A stretch of DNA of 64,000 bases from Fimicolochytrium jonesii (Eukaryota), in the NCBI RefSeq assembly GCF_025526975.1, contig NW_026515682.1, positions 310,001 through 374,000 of the forward strand, written 5' to 3'. The notes under the pieces were generated by a model, which saw nothing but the letters and a program-made list of their open reading frames with translations, was not told the origin of the DNA and made no database searches. Positions 1-12,597 of the stretch are shown here, in pieces. Within the stretch, counting starts at the first letter, position 1. Each line of letters starts with the position of its first letter. The translations under genes were made by a program, and so were the position numbers.

Positions 1-31
1 GGGTTACAGAACTGTTCCGGGTCGGCGGGTT

Positions 32-67
32 TTAGGGTTAGGGTTAGGGTTCGGGTTAGGGTTAGGG
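32..67 (+). repeat. Interstitial telomere-like (TTAGGG)n tract, about 6 units with one TTCGGG variant
   Basis: ttagggttagggttagggttcgggttagggttaggg read directly. The G-rich strand points into the window, so this is not the orientation of a left chromosome end. Confidence 0.85.
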
Positions 68-151
68 GTGGTCGATTTTCCCATTCATCACTCGGAAATC
101 ATGATCCCGTCTTTTCAAGTGTTCGAATTCTGAGAATCTGGCACTAACAAT

Positions 152-656
152 GTGTTCGTCTCCTATGTGTTCGTCACCTGGAAAAATACCCTGGGTTGGA
201 CGACAAGAAGTTCTACACGACGTAACATCCTCGTCTATCGGAATCCGTCTACCAAGCTCTTGAACCTCTCTGGTATCGTCGACTTTGAGTGGGCAGGCTT
301 TTTCCCCGTTTACCACGAGTTTGCAGACTCGTCAGGGTTAAGGGGGGGAGGCCTTTAACCCTGACAAGGACGGTTTGATGGATCGGATGCTGTTGGATGA
401 GATGGAGAAGCTGGGACTAGAGACCGTGCGCACGCTAAATCCAGAATTGTGGAAACAGGCTAGGGATCTGGAAACTTTGAGGACCAACGTGGCACCGTGT
501 TGGTTAATGGGGATGGAGGTGGGCAATCCAAGATTGGAAGGTGAACTCGGGGACGCCGCCAAGGTGCTCATGACATCTTGGAGAGTTTGGGATAAAGCGG
601 ACTGCAAGGAGATCCTCTTCATGCTCCGATTTGAAGGTCTCCAACCCAAATACTAA
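152..656 (+). pseudogene. Fragment of an APH/choline-kinase-like phosphotransferase, frameshifted
   Basis: The motif NILV...LSGIVDFEWAGFFP is typical of APH-like kinase C-lobes. The frame stops at 358 and continues in another frame (375-656) across a G-run near 341-348. No intact HxD or N-lobe is visible. Confidence 0.55.
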
Positions 657-1804
657 GGACATGAAATTCGCGCTCGAGTTCTCGCATGAAGCAAGCCTCA
701 CAGAGGAAAAATATAGTGAGCCGCAGGCCTGCAAGCGGCTTTGAACGGTACTAGCAAACAGACGTTCCCCTTCTCTTTGCGAGTCCGCAACTTTGAGTGC
801 CAAACCATCAAGCCGCAGCGACTCCGCGGAGAGCCCGGGAAGCTGATGATACGAAAGAGTGCCGTTTCATAAAGGCACAGCTCGCGTCCGCCACGAACCT
901 GGGATGGCGACGATAACAAGCTGCACGGAGTCTCCCGCATCATAGGGGAGGGGCATCGCAGTTTTACGAAATCAGGCTCGTTGACGAGCTGACGACACAA
1001 AGCTGCACGGGATTTCCCGCGACGAAGAGAGTGGTAACGTGCACCGGGTTACCAAGGCAAAGCTTTGCGTGCCCCCAGACCTTGCGCAGGGCTGTGATGG
1101 AAGTAGCACGGGCGAATGATCTACACTGTCGAGCACTTCTCTGACGCCACTGTCAAATGCGGTCTTGCTTTATGAACGGCACTGTATCTGCGCGTCAAGC
1201 CGCGGCCGACAAGACGGCGGCGGCATGTTCAAAAACTTTGCGTCCAGGCTATCCTGGTGACGACCTCTACAAATGGGCGGCGTACGCGCACAGAGGATCG
1301 CCGCACGGGTCTTGGGCTTCAGCGCTCCTCCCGCCCCCCACTCCAGTGAACCTTACCACGTTAACCACTGTACCATTACATTTGTAACCGAATAAGTCAT
1401 TCTCTGTACTTATAACCACCGCCTATTATACCTCTCCCGATCTAGTGCCCACAACAAAGTCTGGCAGCCAGAGAATGATAGTGCTCCAAACAGCGCGTGG
1501 CCAGCGCCACCAATTTTCTGACAATTTGCAGGCCCACCGCCACCCCCTGTCGGATCTGGATCTGGGCCAGCTACCTAAGCATTACGTAACCCTTTTGTTT
1601 GAATAAGGCGGTCGGTGTGCGGCAACTCCGACCAACTGAAAAAGAATAGGTCGTTTTATATAGCACTTCCCTCAACGTTTCCGTTACCTTGCGCTTTCCA
1701 TCCCTTTCCCGTTAAGTTTAGCTCCGGAAGCAACTGCGTTCAGCGTCTCGTTGTGTCTGCATACCGTTTTCCGTTTAGATTAGCTACTGAAGCGACTGGC
1801 CTAA

Positions 1805-3292
1805 ATGTATTCCGCAGCGCAGTACATCGCTGAAATCACCCCAGCCCCAATTCGCATGGCAGAGGGACACTCTGGCACCAGCACCACAGTCCCGGCTTGG
1901 CCGCGAACAGACCTGAAGGTTTTGGAACCTTGGACCTCCTTCGACGGGGCACTTACGGAGTGCGGAGAGGTTCTGTCACGGACGGACGTTGGACAGCTTC
2001 GCCCTCGTGCTATTGACGAGGAGGATATTAGTGAAGTTGCTGTGGAAACTGACCTTCACTGCCACGCAGACAATTACGCGCTGAAGGAAGTTAAACGTTT
2101 GGCTCGCTTCGCCGGCGTGCAAGACGGCTTATTCATCAACCCGGCTGGAAAAGTAGATATTGTATGTGATCCAGACCGGGCGTGGAAGTCGGCAGCTGCC
2201 TCTAGGCCTACGCTTTGTGTAGAGTACAAGACTCCGTGGGCGTTCCGTTTTGACGACCTTCTGGCGGCTTATCAGTCCGAGGGGGGAGACACGACCAAGA
2301 AAGTCTCAAAAGCAATCAGTCAGCTATACGGTTATATGACGTTTAATCATCACAGGTTTTTGGCTTCGCTTTGATTCTCCCGTTCACGTTTTTATCGCGT
2401 CTGACATCCTCTTCCTAGATTTGGGGTGCTGTCAACCTACACTAAGACCTGGATGTTCGAACGCGTCTCCGATGATCAAAGCGGGCTTCAAGGCGGAGTG
2501 ATGCGAGTTGCGGGTCCATTCGCTTTCGATTCTCTCTACCAGAATGTAGTCCTGGCTTACCTGACACTCTTCCGGATGGTTGATGATCGATGGTTTTATG
2601 CCACCCCAGCCGCTTCGCCCGCACCATCAAGTCGCAACACGCCGCGATCAAGCCCATCACTACTTCGCCGAGCCGCGGGTCACCCCCTAGATCGGTGCGC
2701 TGACAGACCTTGACTGTATGACAACGGCCCTCACATGTATTCTAACACTGCTCTCTTTGCCAGATACGAAGTGAAGGACGTCGGTGCAAAAGACATCGTT
2801 TTTACCAAAACAATCGATCGGTCCAATGCCACTGTTGCCGGGGGCACTTTGGGCATGCAGTCCGGTGTCTTTAAGTGTGTTGATGCCACCAAACGCCCAA
2901 TATTCGCTCAGCAACTGGCCAACGAAGTTTCCATTTATCGTGTTCTGGAACGCTTGCAAGGCGACGCTATCCCAATGTTCTACGGAGTTTGCCGCGTGTG
3001 GAATATTCTCCATGTCGTGTGCATGGAATTTGGAGGAGCTGCGATTACCCCCGACGTCGTGGCTCATGTGGGAGCCAAAAAGCTAAAAGAGCTTTGTCGC
3101 AATGTTCTGCAAAAGGTGCATGAATGTGGCGTCTTACATGGGGACGCCAGATTCGCAAACTTTCTTTACGACGTCGCGGCGGACCAGGTGAAAATCATCG
3201 ATTTCGGCCTGTCGCGTAAGGAGTGCTCAGACGATGAACTCGCCCAGGAACTCTCTGAATTTGAGCAGCTGGATTTTGCGACAATACGGTAA
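1805..3292 (+). CDS. Crinkler-type PD-(D/E)xK nuclease-like domain + protein kinase-like domain
   Basis: Three ORFs join via introns 2356-2418 and 2695-2763 (the latter with a CTAAC branch point, removing the in-frame TGA). Motifs: DPD...CVEYKTPW...QLYGYM...FGVLSTY (REase-like) and VLHGDARFANF...KIIDFGLS (kinase). The start codon is uncertain. Confidence 0.75.
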
Positions 3293-4359
3293 GCTCTGCC
3301 CAGTCTGGGTCTATTGGTCTCAGTTGTGTGCTACGCACCTATCAGGCACCCTCAGACGTAGGAAGATAGAATAGTTGCCGCAATTCCGTTGTATTTTTCT
3401 TAGTGTTAGGTCAATTACTCGACAACGTGTTCTTCAAACCTACCCGTTTCTTATGATCGTGATCAAAATGGCAGCAATATCTTCGCAGGTGCTCTCAGGC
3501 CCGACGTGTTCACCTCTTCAGCGACGGGAGGGCACTCGTCCGCGCTTACCCCTTTTCATCCGCAAATTAACCCCAATACCTTCCGTCTAATCCCAATAAT
3601 GCTGGTGCGCGTTGTGCAGGGAACGCGTGCCGCGGGCAAAACGCCAGCACTTAAAAGAGCGTAGTGACCGCATCAGTTCCCGGGACAGTGATGAGCAAGA
3701 ATCACTTAGTCACGCTCTTGAAAAGCGCGAAGCGGCCGAACAACGACCGGCAAAGGTCCTCAGCCGAGTCTTTTGCCGGACCTCAGTTCTCGTAAAAGGG
3801 TTGAGCTATCCGGACAGACCCTCAGTTATCGGCATAATGCTCGGCAAAAGGGTCCCTGGCGGACCCTTGACGAGTTTGCGCCGTAGAAGCCTTTGGTGCT
3901 AGGAACGGTGTGGGAAAGACTTCATCACTTCAAGAGTCGTCCCGCGCTAATTTTGCGACGATGGCCAAACGTACCCATAGTTTTAACTGCTGCATGAGAG
4001 CGTAGGCACTTCGTCTTACGTTTGTGTTTGCGTTATGGTCCAAAAGTCAAGAAGGGTAACTTTCTGCATTTAACCAAACTCGCTTTTCGCGACCAAAAAT
4101 TCCTAATTTTGCTGGCGCGCTTGCGGAGATATTGAATAGGATCGCAGGTTCGTCGACACTACCGGACTTCAATCCGTTGCTCCTCCTGCTTTTTCTTCCG
4201 GAATCCGGAACCGCCGTCAATCTTTTCGATATCAAGGTTCACTGTGACCTTCAGCGATCGCCGCGAGGTAGAGAAGCTCACAGAGGTTTTCTGACAGGAA
4301 AATGATTTGAATGTTCGGAACGCTCAAGACTGACGACAGCCTTGGCCTCGCGCCGCGTC

Positions 4360-4367
4360 TATAAAAA
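4360..4367 (+). promoter_or_regulatory. TATA-like box upstream of the USP gene
   Basis: TATAAAAA lies about 30 nt before ATG 4394. Confidence 0.35.
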
Positions 4368-4393
4368 GGCCCGGCGAGTCGCAAAAACCCCTC

Positions 4394-7300
4394 ATGGCGC
4401 AAAAATCCCTCAAAGCCCTGGTACGGAAGCTGGTTTGCCTGGTATACGGAAGCTATTTGCGCCGCGAGAGTGGAGGAGGATGTGACCTGAACGCTCTGGA
4501 CGCCTTTTGGAACCTACTGATGTGTGTAGGGGTCCTGACCGACAAACAACGGACATCAAACCATGGTCCAAAAAGGCAAAAGCAAGCGAGCCGGCAAAGC
4601 AAAGCACCCAGGCGCCCGTCGCACGAACTCCTCCTCGTCTGATCTCGGCCTCCCCGCGGTCGACGATGACATCACCACTTCCACCACCGAGGCAGAGGAC
4701 GCTAACGCCCCTAAACGGTGTCCGCACCTCAAGGCGGATGTGAGGATAACGAGGTTGTCGAAACAGTTGCCGGCTACTTTGAAGAAGGCGCCTTTTTGTT
4801 CGGTGAGCCTTGACTGGACCGCGAGCCGTTTAGAGTGCGGGGGGAAGATGGCATGGCCAACTGAGCGCCTTTGAATGTTAGTCCTGCAGGAAGGACGAGC
4901 AACGAGCCAAATCGAAAGAAGCGGCGGAAGCCGCTTCTACCGAACCGAATTCCAATACAGAGGCGCTAAAGGATGCCGCGTCTGCCACCGCCGACACGAC
5001 CAGCGGCCCGTCGTTATGGCTGTGTTTGAAGTGTGGAGCGGTCAACTGCAGCAGAAACGATAAGGGGCATGGGGTCACGCACTATGAGGACGAGAAGCAT
5101 TCGATAGCGATTAACCTGGACTCGTTGGAGTGCTGGTGAGGACTGGTTGGCGCGCAATGTGCGGCGTGGGACTTTCTCTGAGTATGAGTCTTCAACAGGT
5201 GCTATCAGTGCGATGACTATATTGTCGGGTCGTCTACCCGCAATCAGCTGGTTTCGGAGTGTAAAGCTATGGTTGAGGGCGTGTTGATGAAGAAGACGAA
5301 GAAAGGTGCGGCACTTGGGCGAGCTTCATGTCAACGTAAAGTACGCGGAGCTGACTGGTGACTTCAGATTTGGCGCCAACAGCGCCTTCCGTTACGGTGG
5401 AGAAGAAGAAAACAAAGGGGAATACAACGGCACCGGGCATCGTAAATCTGGGGAATACCGTAAGTTTAGTGGAAGGAAAGTCGACGGAGATATCAATGAC
5501 CAGTATTTATAAATCTATGTCAGTGCTTCTTCAATTCGGTCATGCAATGCATCAACGTTAGCCAAAGCTTGCAAACGCAACTGAAGCAACTAGACAACGG
5601 TACTCAGGCCCGCATAGCAACCGACGCGCTCGGGCGTTTCCTCGCAGATATGGCCGCACAGCGCCATTACGGTGGCGGATCAGTGAACCCACGCGAACTA
5701 TTCGGCGTTCTCAGCAACCAGTGGAAGATGTACAAGCGAATGGGCCAGCAAGACAGCCACGAGCTGCTTCGACGGCTACTGGATCGCGTGAGAGAGGAAA
5801 CAGCCGACCGGAGCGTGGAAGCCAGATTCAGATACGTCAACACGCCTGTCGACAAGGCGTTTGCGGGGAAGTTATGCCAGGTTATTGTGTGCGATACCTG
5901 CAAGCACGTGTCGTATGCGTTTGAGGATTACCTGGACTTTTCGTTGCCTGTCAAGGATGAGGTCAAGGAAGGATGGAAGTTCTCCTCGTTGTTTGGGCAT
6001 CGGAGCAGTAAACCGTTGACGCCACCACCGGCTTTGACACCGCCTGAACCTGTTGTTGAGGGTGGTGAGGACGGGACCGCGTCGGAAGGCAACCATGATC
6101 CGGATCAGTTGTCTCTCATTCAGATTCTACTTCGGCCTATCGGCGTCACGACATCTAGCGAGAATCTGACGCTGCAATCGCGGCTGGCGAGTTTCATGGC
6201 GGTGGAAATGCTGGAAGGAGAATCGGTATATGCGTGTGACTCTTGCTTTACAAGAAAATACGGCGTGACGCCTGCGGAACACGCAAAAGAGGTACACGCG
6301 TGGGAACTGCAGCACAGCCCTGCGAGGACCTTGCAGATCGACACCGCATCGGCATCGTCCTCGATGGCCAACCTGTCACTCCCCACACCACAGTTCCTGG
6401 ACTCTGCGTCAAGTTCAGAGTTCGGATTCAAAGCGAACGCTCTCAGCCCGCTGTTTGCAGATTCGCATGAGGATAGCAGCGCCACGTCGGCGGATGAGGA
6501 TTCTGCGACTGTGGGTGATGTTACGGACGCGGAAACGGCGTCTGGGGCTGCGACGCCTAGGTTTGTACCGCACAAAGTACGCGATGATGATGATGAGGAG
6601 CTACCCACTGACAGTAGCGGAAATACAATCGAAAGGACGAATGAAAGTGCAGAGCCCACGGAGCGCAGCAGCATTGATTCCGATAAGCCGTCTGTGGACG
6701 CAGAGGGTGACGGAGTGCCCGCCGAATCTATGCCAGCTGATAATTCGTCATCATCCTCGAAACCCGCGTCGGAAGAGGCCAGCTTGGATCCCACATCCTC
6801 CTTACCACCCTCCCCGGCCAAGAACGGCGCCGTCAACGGAAGCGGTAGCGACACCCGAAGCCAATCCACCAAACCCACCCGCCCACTCGTCGAAAGCCGC
6901 GCCTACAAACGCTACCTCATCCACACTTCCCCGCAGATCCTCGTCCTCCACCTCAAACGCTTCCAGCAGATCGGATTCGGCGGGCGAACCAAGAAAGTGG
7001 AAGACGTTGTCGCGTTCGACGAGATCATGGATTTGGCGCCGTTCATGGCCCCGCCGGAGGTCGAGACTGCGGTTATGGAGGCGCAATCGCCCGAGACGGA
7101 GGTGGATGCGGCGGATGAGGAGTCTGCGAAACGTAGCAGAGGTCGAGGGTCGAGGTATCGCCTCTATGGGGTGGTCGTGCATGGTGGGGGCCTGTTTTCG
7201 GGGCATTATGTGGCGTATGTGAGGATTAGCAAGCGACCACCACCAGCGAATGGCGCTGGTGAGGCTGGAGCGAGTGCGGAAGAGGGGGCGGAGACGAAAG

Positions 7301-7452
7301 CCCCTGCATCTGCAACACCAGAACAAGAAACGACAGAGAGCGAATGGGCGTACTGTAGCGATACGCATACGAGGGCGGCGACGTGGGAGGAGGTTAGCAA
7401 GGTGCAGGCATATATTCTGTTTTACGAGCGGTGGGATGGTGATGGGCAGTAG
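4394..7452 (+). CDS. Ubiquitin-specific protease, USP16/USP45-like (ZnF-UBP + USP domain), multi-exon
   Basis: ZnF-UBP motifs CPH...LWLCLKCGAVNCSR...GH...HY...ECW; Cys box GIVNLGNT|CFFNSVMQC split by an intron; QQDSHELL; LHLKRF; His box HGGGLFSGHYVAY; AYILFYER. Confidence 0.9.
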
Positions 7453-7567
7453 AAGGGCTTAGTACAGAGTACATATTTACTGTTCCGGAGAATAAACCCC
7501 AACCAGCCAGCCTCGGGCGGCATGTCAGCTTTGCTGCCGGAGCGGCTATGCGTATATGCACAGGATA

Positions 7568-7597
7568 TAACCCTAACCCTAACCCTAACCCTAACCC
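7568..7597 (+). repeat. Interstitial telomere-like (TAACCC)5 tract
   Basis: taaccctaaccctaaccctaaccctaaccc read directly in the intergenic region. Confidence 0.9.
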
Positions 7598-7962
7598 TTT
7601 TCATTATTTGTAACGGAGTGCTGGAATTTGGAGGAGTGCCAGCCGTTGACGAGACACGGAACACGGAATTTGGGCTCCGAACCACAACGGACGAACTCCA
7701 ACCCTTTACTTTCTTGAACGACCAGTACCCCCTCATATTCAACCAGCCAGAGAGGACAGAGAACAGCGAGGCTGGAGGAAAGCTATCACTTGTAGAGAGA
7801 CTGGAAGAGAAGAAGCAGGCAGGGGGTGTGTCACATTCAACGACCGGCGGAACAGTCTTCTTTCAAAACGTCAGATTCGTCTATATTTCCAGTGCCCTGC
7901 ACCTCGGCGCTTCCACAACCTCATCACATTAGCCGCACATCCTCACGACACCTCACGGCAAA

Positions 7963-9390
7963 ATGGCCGGCATCGTAGACTTCATAAGCAGCAAAATAGA
8001 CCCCGTCTCCTTCTTCACCTCCTCTTCCTCCGCTGCATCCTCCGTCTTCCCCTACGCCCTCGACCCCTTCAGCACCGATTTCAACTCTCTCCAGCCCGAG
8101 CACGACCAGGACCTCGCCTCGTTCGCGATACGGCAATATGTCGTAGCCGTTCTTTCGGCGCCGCTGCGTGTCGCAGAGACGTTGGCGGAGGTACAGTGGC
8201 AGCCTCAGGAGGAGGATGAGGGGGACGCTGTGGGTGTTGTTGGGGAGGCTGGGCGAGGGTTGGTGGCGCCGGGGACACCGCCCAAAGCGATTTTGGGGGA
8301 TGACGAGGTTCTGCCGCCCTTGCAGGGTGGGACGTGGGAGAATTTGAGGGATGTGGTGGAGAGTGATGGGGAGGGATTTACTTCATTGCTGAAAGGTGGG
8401 TAGAGGGGATGTCAAGGATTATAAGCGATTTTGGGGAATCGCTGCGAGCGACATCGTTTTGCTTTCCTTCTCATTCCTCTTCCTCTCCTAGGCCACTTCA
8501 CCTCATTCTGCCACGCGACCACATACCATATCCTCCAACCCACCCTCGAAGACACCATAAACGACGTATTCGACATCTACGAAGATACCCACCCAGTCAC
8601 CCTCGTCGCATCCCATCTCATCGTCGGCGGTCTCCTCAGCCCCCTCGAGCTCGCCCGCACCCGGTTAATCGTCCAAGCATCCCCCTCACACCGCAAAAAG
8701 TACTGGGGCCCGTTCCACGCCCTCCACTGCGTCACCACCGAAGAGCCCGCGGGCCTGCTGAGTCTCTACTCCCCCCGGCACCTAATCCCCTCGATCCTCA
8801 TCTCGGGAATGTCCCCGCTCATCCGCGCGCTGTCCAAAGTCTTCATCACAGAGGAACTCGGTCTCGATCCGTCCTTCTCGCCGTTCTGGCATCACATGGC
8901 GACACTGGGCGCCATGGCCGTGGAAGTCGCCATCGTCACCCCGTTCGAGATTGCGCGGAAAAGATTGCAGGTGCAACGGTTGACGAAAGGGAATGTGGAC
9001 GTCCTGCCCCAGGCGTTCGACACATGCGTCGAAGTCTCCCCCCGCTACTATTCCGGTATCTTCGACTGCATGCGGTCCATCGTCATGGAGGAAGGCGGGA
9101 CAGCCCACCGGCGTCGGCGTCGGTTAAGACGGACCCGCGGGCGCGCACTCCCTCACTCGCCATCGGCATCTACCGCTAACGACTGGCACAAGATCTATGA
9201 TTCGGACCTCCCACACGGGTTCTATGACGGCACTGGGGAGACGGGTGTGAGGGCAACGGGCGTGGTTGCGTCGGTGGGGAGGTTTGCGACGGGCGTGCAG
9301 AGTCTGTATAGGGGGTTTTGGGCACGGTATGCGACGAGGGTGGTTGCGTATGCGTGTGATGAGATGATTAAGGCTGAGGAAGAGTGGTAG
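7963..9390 (+). CDS. Mitochondrial carrier-fold outer-membrane protein, Ugo1/SLC25A46-like
   Basis: Carrier signature motifs PLRVAETLAEVQ, PLELARTRLIVQ, PFEIARKRLQVQ, EGFTSLLKG and SLYRGF; one intron at about 8396-8491. Confidence 0.75.
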
Positions 9391-9847
9391 GATATCAATC
9401 AGGATAGTGGATGTAGAAAACCGTTTTCGTATACCGTACTGTAGTTATGTGTAGCTTTAATTCGAGACGACCAGGCGTAATCAGTGATTGTGAAATATTA
9501 TGCGTTCTTCAAAGTGGACGATGCTTGACCACTGGCCATATGAACCTTCTCCTCTGTGCAAGGGAACGGCTAGATCCGTAGCAAGCGAGCGCTACGGACT
9601 AGTTGGAAGCATATGAACGACCGCTGTGGTATGTGGGAGCCTCTGAATATATAGAGAATTTTGCGAATCCAACCAAAGTTACTCTGACGCGATGTGCGGG
9701 TGTGGGAGCCGGCAGCTCTAACTCATACGTTTCCAGGTGTGGTCCTATTGTATATGCAGGGTAACGACCACCCTCCTCGAAAAAAAAATGTACATGTGGA
9801 AAAGGGGATGTGTGTATGTATGTGCATGGCATGTCCAATGTCTGTCG

Positions 9848-11947
9848 CTATAGGTCGTGCCGTATAGTATCCCACCTCTTAAACGTATACCCCACAAACG
9901 CCAGATCCTTGCCCGGGTTCGCGAGATACTCCATCGTCCCCGTGGTGCCCATCCCGTCCATGGCTGGTATCCCACCCGGCCCGCCGTTTACTTGTTGGGG
10001 CACGCCGGCGAGGTCTTCCGTGGGGAAGTAAGATGTGTCGGTGATGGATTTGAGCTGAGGTACGAAGGGGGCGCGGGTGCGGCGGATTTCGGCCCAGTTG
10101 ACACCACGGAAGAAGGGGTGGGTTTGGATTTGGGCGGAGGTTAGGCGGTGCTCGGCGCCGCAGAGGAGACTGTGGGAGAGAAGTGAATATGCGAAGCAGA
10201 TGCTACTGGAAAGGCAGACGGACGGCATGCCGAAACTTACTGCCGCACTAAATCTTCCGCCTCTCTCGATAAATGCACATCATCTGGCAGGTACAGATAT
10301 TCCCGCCAGTTGATGATCTTCCTGTATGTGTCGTGCGCATTTTCAGAGCAGAATGGTGGGTATCCAAACAGGCATTCGAACATGATGGCGCCGAGAGACC
10401 ACCAATCACATTCTTTCCCGTAGCCTCGTTGTAGGAATACTGTTTGAGAAGAATGAGAGACGGGGTGGTGAATATGCTTATCCCCGGACGCGTTCACCTG
10501 TATGGCGTCCTTAAAACGAACCTTCCGGAGCAATGTAATCCGGAGTTCCCACGGTACTATACGCCTAAGGTATGAACATCATAAGAATGTGACCATCGCT
10601 CAGCAGTGAGCAGCACAGCACATACCAACGCCCTCCTATTCCGCTTCCACGTCTCGATCCGATCCTTCCGCGAAAACGTCAAGTCGATGTTCTTCTGCGT
10701 TCCTATTTGGTCCACTTTGCTCGCTGGATTTGAGTTGTCGAGGAGTCTCTGGTAGTATGTGGAGTCGTGCGTTTTGTGGAAGCCAGTGGAAAGTCCGAAG
10801 TCGGATAGTTTAACGTGGCCGTCTTTATCGATCAGTACTGTAATGCGTGATTGAGAAAGCGGTTTAGCAATGGTCTAACCCGGCCGCGAGATAGACACTC
10901 AATTGCACTTACAGTTGTCCGGTTTGATATCTCTGTGGATGACGGAGGGCAAAGTTTCGATAAGGAATGCTTTCAGCTCCTAGTCATCAGCAGCAGGACG
11001 GTACATACCTGTGAACATATCCTAAGTTGTGCACAGCTTCGATAGCGCAGACGCACTCCGCCACATAGAACCGCGTCACATCCTCCGAGAACGTGTCGTA
11101 CTTGATCAACATAGTCATCAGATCTCCGCCTGGCAGGAACTCCATGATCAAGTAGAGGTATAGTGCATCCTGGAATGAGTAGTACAGCTGGACGACCCAG
11201 GGTGTGTTTACTGATTCGGCTAGGACGTCACGCTCAGCTTTGACGTGGGCGAGCTGACGGGTTGAGAGTCAGTTTCCGTGGCCTCAAACATGGCTGACAA
11301 AGCATCAGCGAACCTGATCTTTCTTGACCATTTCCGTCTTTCTTAAGGTCTTCATCGCGAAGATCTTCCCGGTGTCCACCTTTTGCACCAGTCGCACCTA
11401 ATAGCCGCACTGAATCAGACACTGCCCGCCGCCTGTCACTAGCAAAGGCATGCGGATCCATACCTCTCCAAATGCGCCCTTCCCAATCACTTTGACGGTT
11501 TGAAAATCGTCCACTCCCAGTCGCACGCGCCTCAGCCGGAGGAACTCCGACTCCCGTTGCCCATATGCTGCCAACTGACGGTTCTTTCGGTCATCGCTCC
11601 AAGGCTCTTTTCCGATGCGTTCCTCTGCGTCCAGACGTCTTTCGATGCGAAGCGAACGCGCAGGTTGGAACAGAGAGTCAGGAGAGAGCCCAAGCCAGTA
11701 TCGTTGGAACCTTCCTACGTCATTCCACGAACCTGGCCTCCCTATCCCCACACTCCGTCACGACGCTCTTATAGAAGTGTTCCAGCTTGTACTTTGCTGC
11801 TGTTGCTCTATCTAGTGTTGCCTTTGATAACCCGTCTGTAGACCGGTGGAAAAGGAATTGCCCTGCCAGCGAGTCTACACTGCCGTCATTGGACGGCTGG
11901 CGGCCTGGAGGTGGCGGGGCAAGGGCAGCGAATTGATGCTGATCCAT
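9848..11947 (-). CDS. CBK1: NDR/LATS-family Ser/Thr kinase (Cbk1/Orb6/COT1), multi-exon
   Basis: [76 protein letters not shown] and the hydrophobic motif AFVGYTFKR. Confidence 0.93.
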
Positions 11948-12597
11948 TTCAACTATTCAATCGAAGGAGAGGTCCGTCGTCTCCTGTGACAGTTTTCGTT
12001 GGCTCAAGTTTGGGACTGTGCGATGACAGCCTAAAGACAAAGTCGTAAGCGCTAAGTTTCCCACGGCAGACGGCCCAATTCGAGGACGACCCGACCGCCC
12101 GCTCCTTTTGACTAACCAAATTATGATATGCGACGAACGCTTTACCGCTGGTTGCTCGTTCCTTCTTGTAGCCGTTGCTGGGGTACAGTGAGTTGTGGTG
12201 TATGTTGCTGGTGCGGCTTTGTGTTGGTTTTGGGAGGGAGTTATGCAGGGAGTTATGATAGTTAGCGGGCACAAAAGCGATACAGTAGCTGTGGAATCGC
12301 GTGGGAAAGTGATGACGGCTCATGCTGCACGGCTCGATGGGCAGATCCACCTGCGCTCTTCCTCCAGTCCTACTCGGCTTCCTACCGACGGCGACAACGA
12401 ACCCCCCAGCGAGCGCTGCAACACACTCCTTATACCGGACACTCCATACATAGTGGCTGCAGTAGCGATAGCTTCGTCGCTCCGTATTCTGAAAGAACCC
12501 CAAGCACACTGTCAGAGGACGCAGTTTCCCACCAACCCGCCTTATAGATAGAAATACATCGACATCACAACAAGACATCACCCTGCCTACACCAACA

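Noticed and set aside
32..67. True chromosome end or telomerase RNA template
   Set aside because: Wrong orientation for a left end, preceded by non-telomeric sequence, and too many units for a template.
2711..2713. In-frame TGA inside the REase-kinase gene (possible readthrough or selenocysteine)
   Set aside because: It falls in a canonical 69-nt intron (2695-2763, GTGCGC...CTAAC...CAG).
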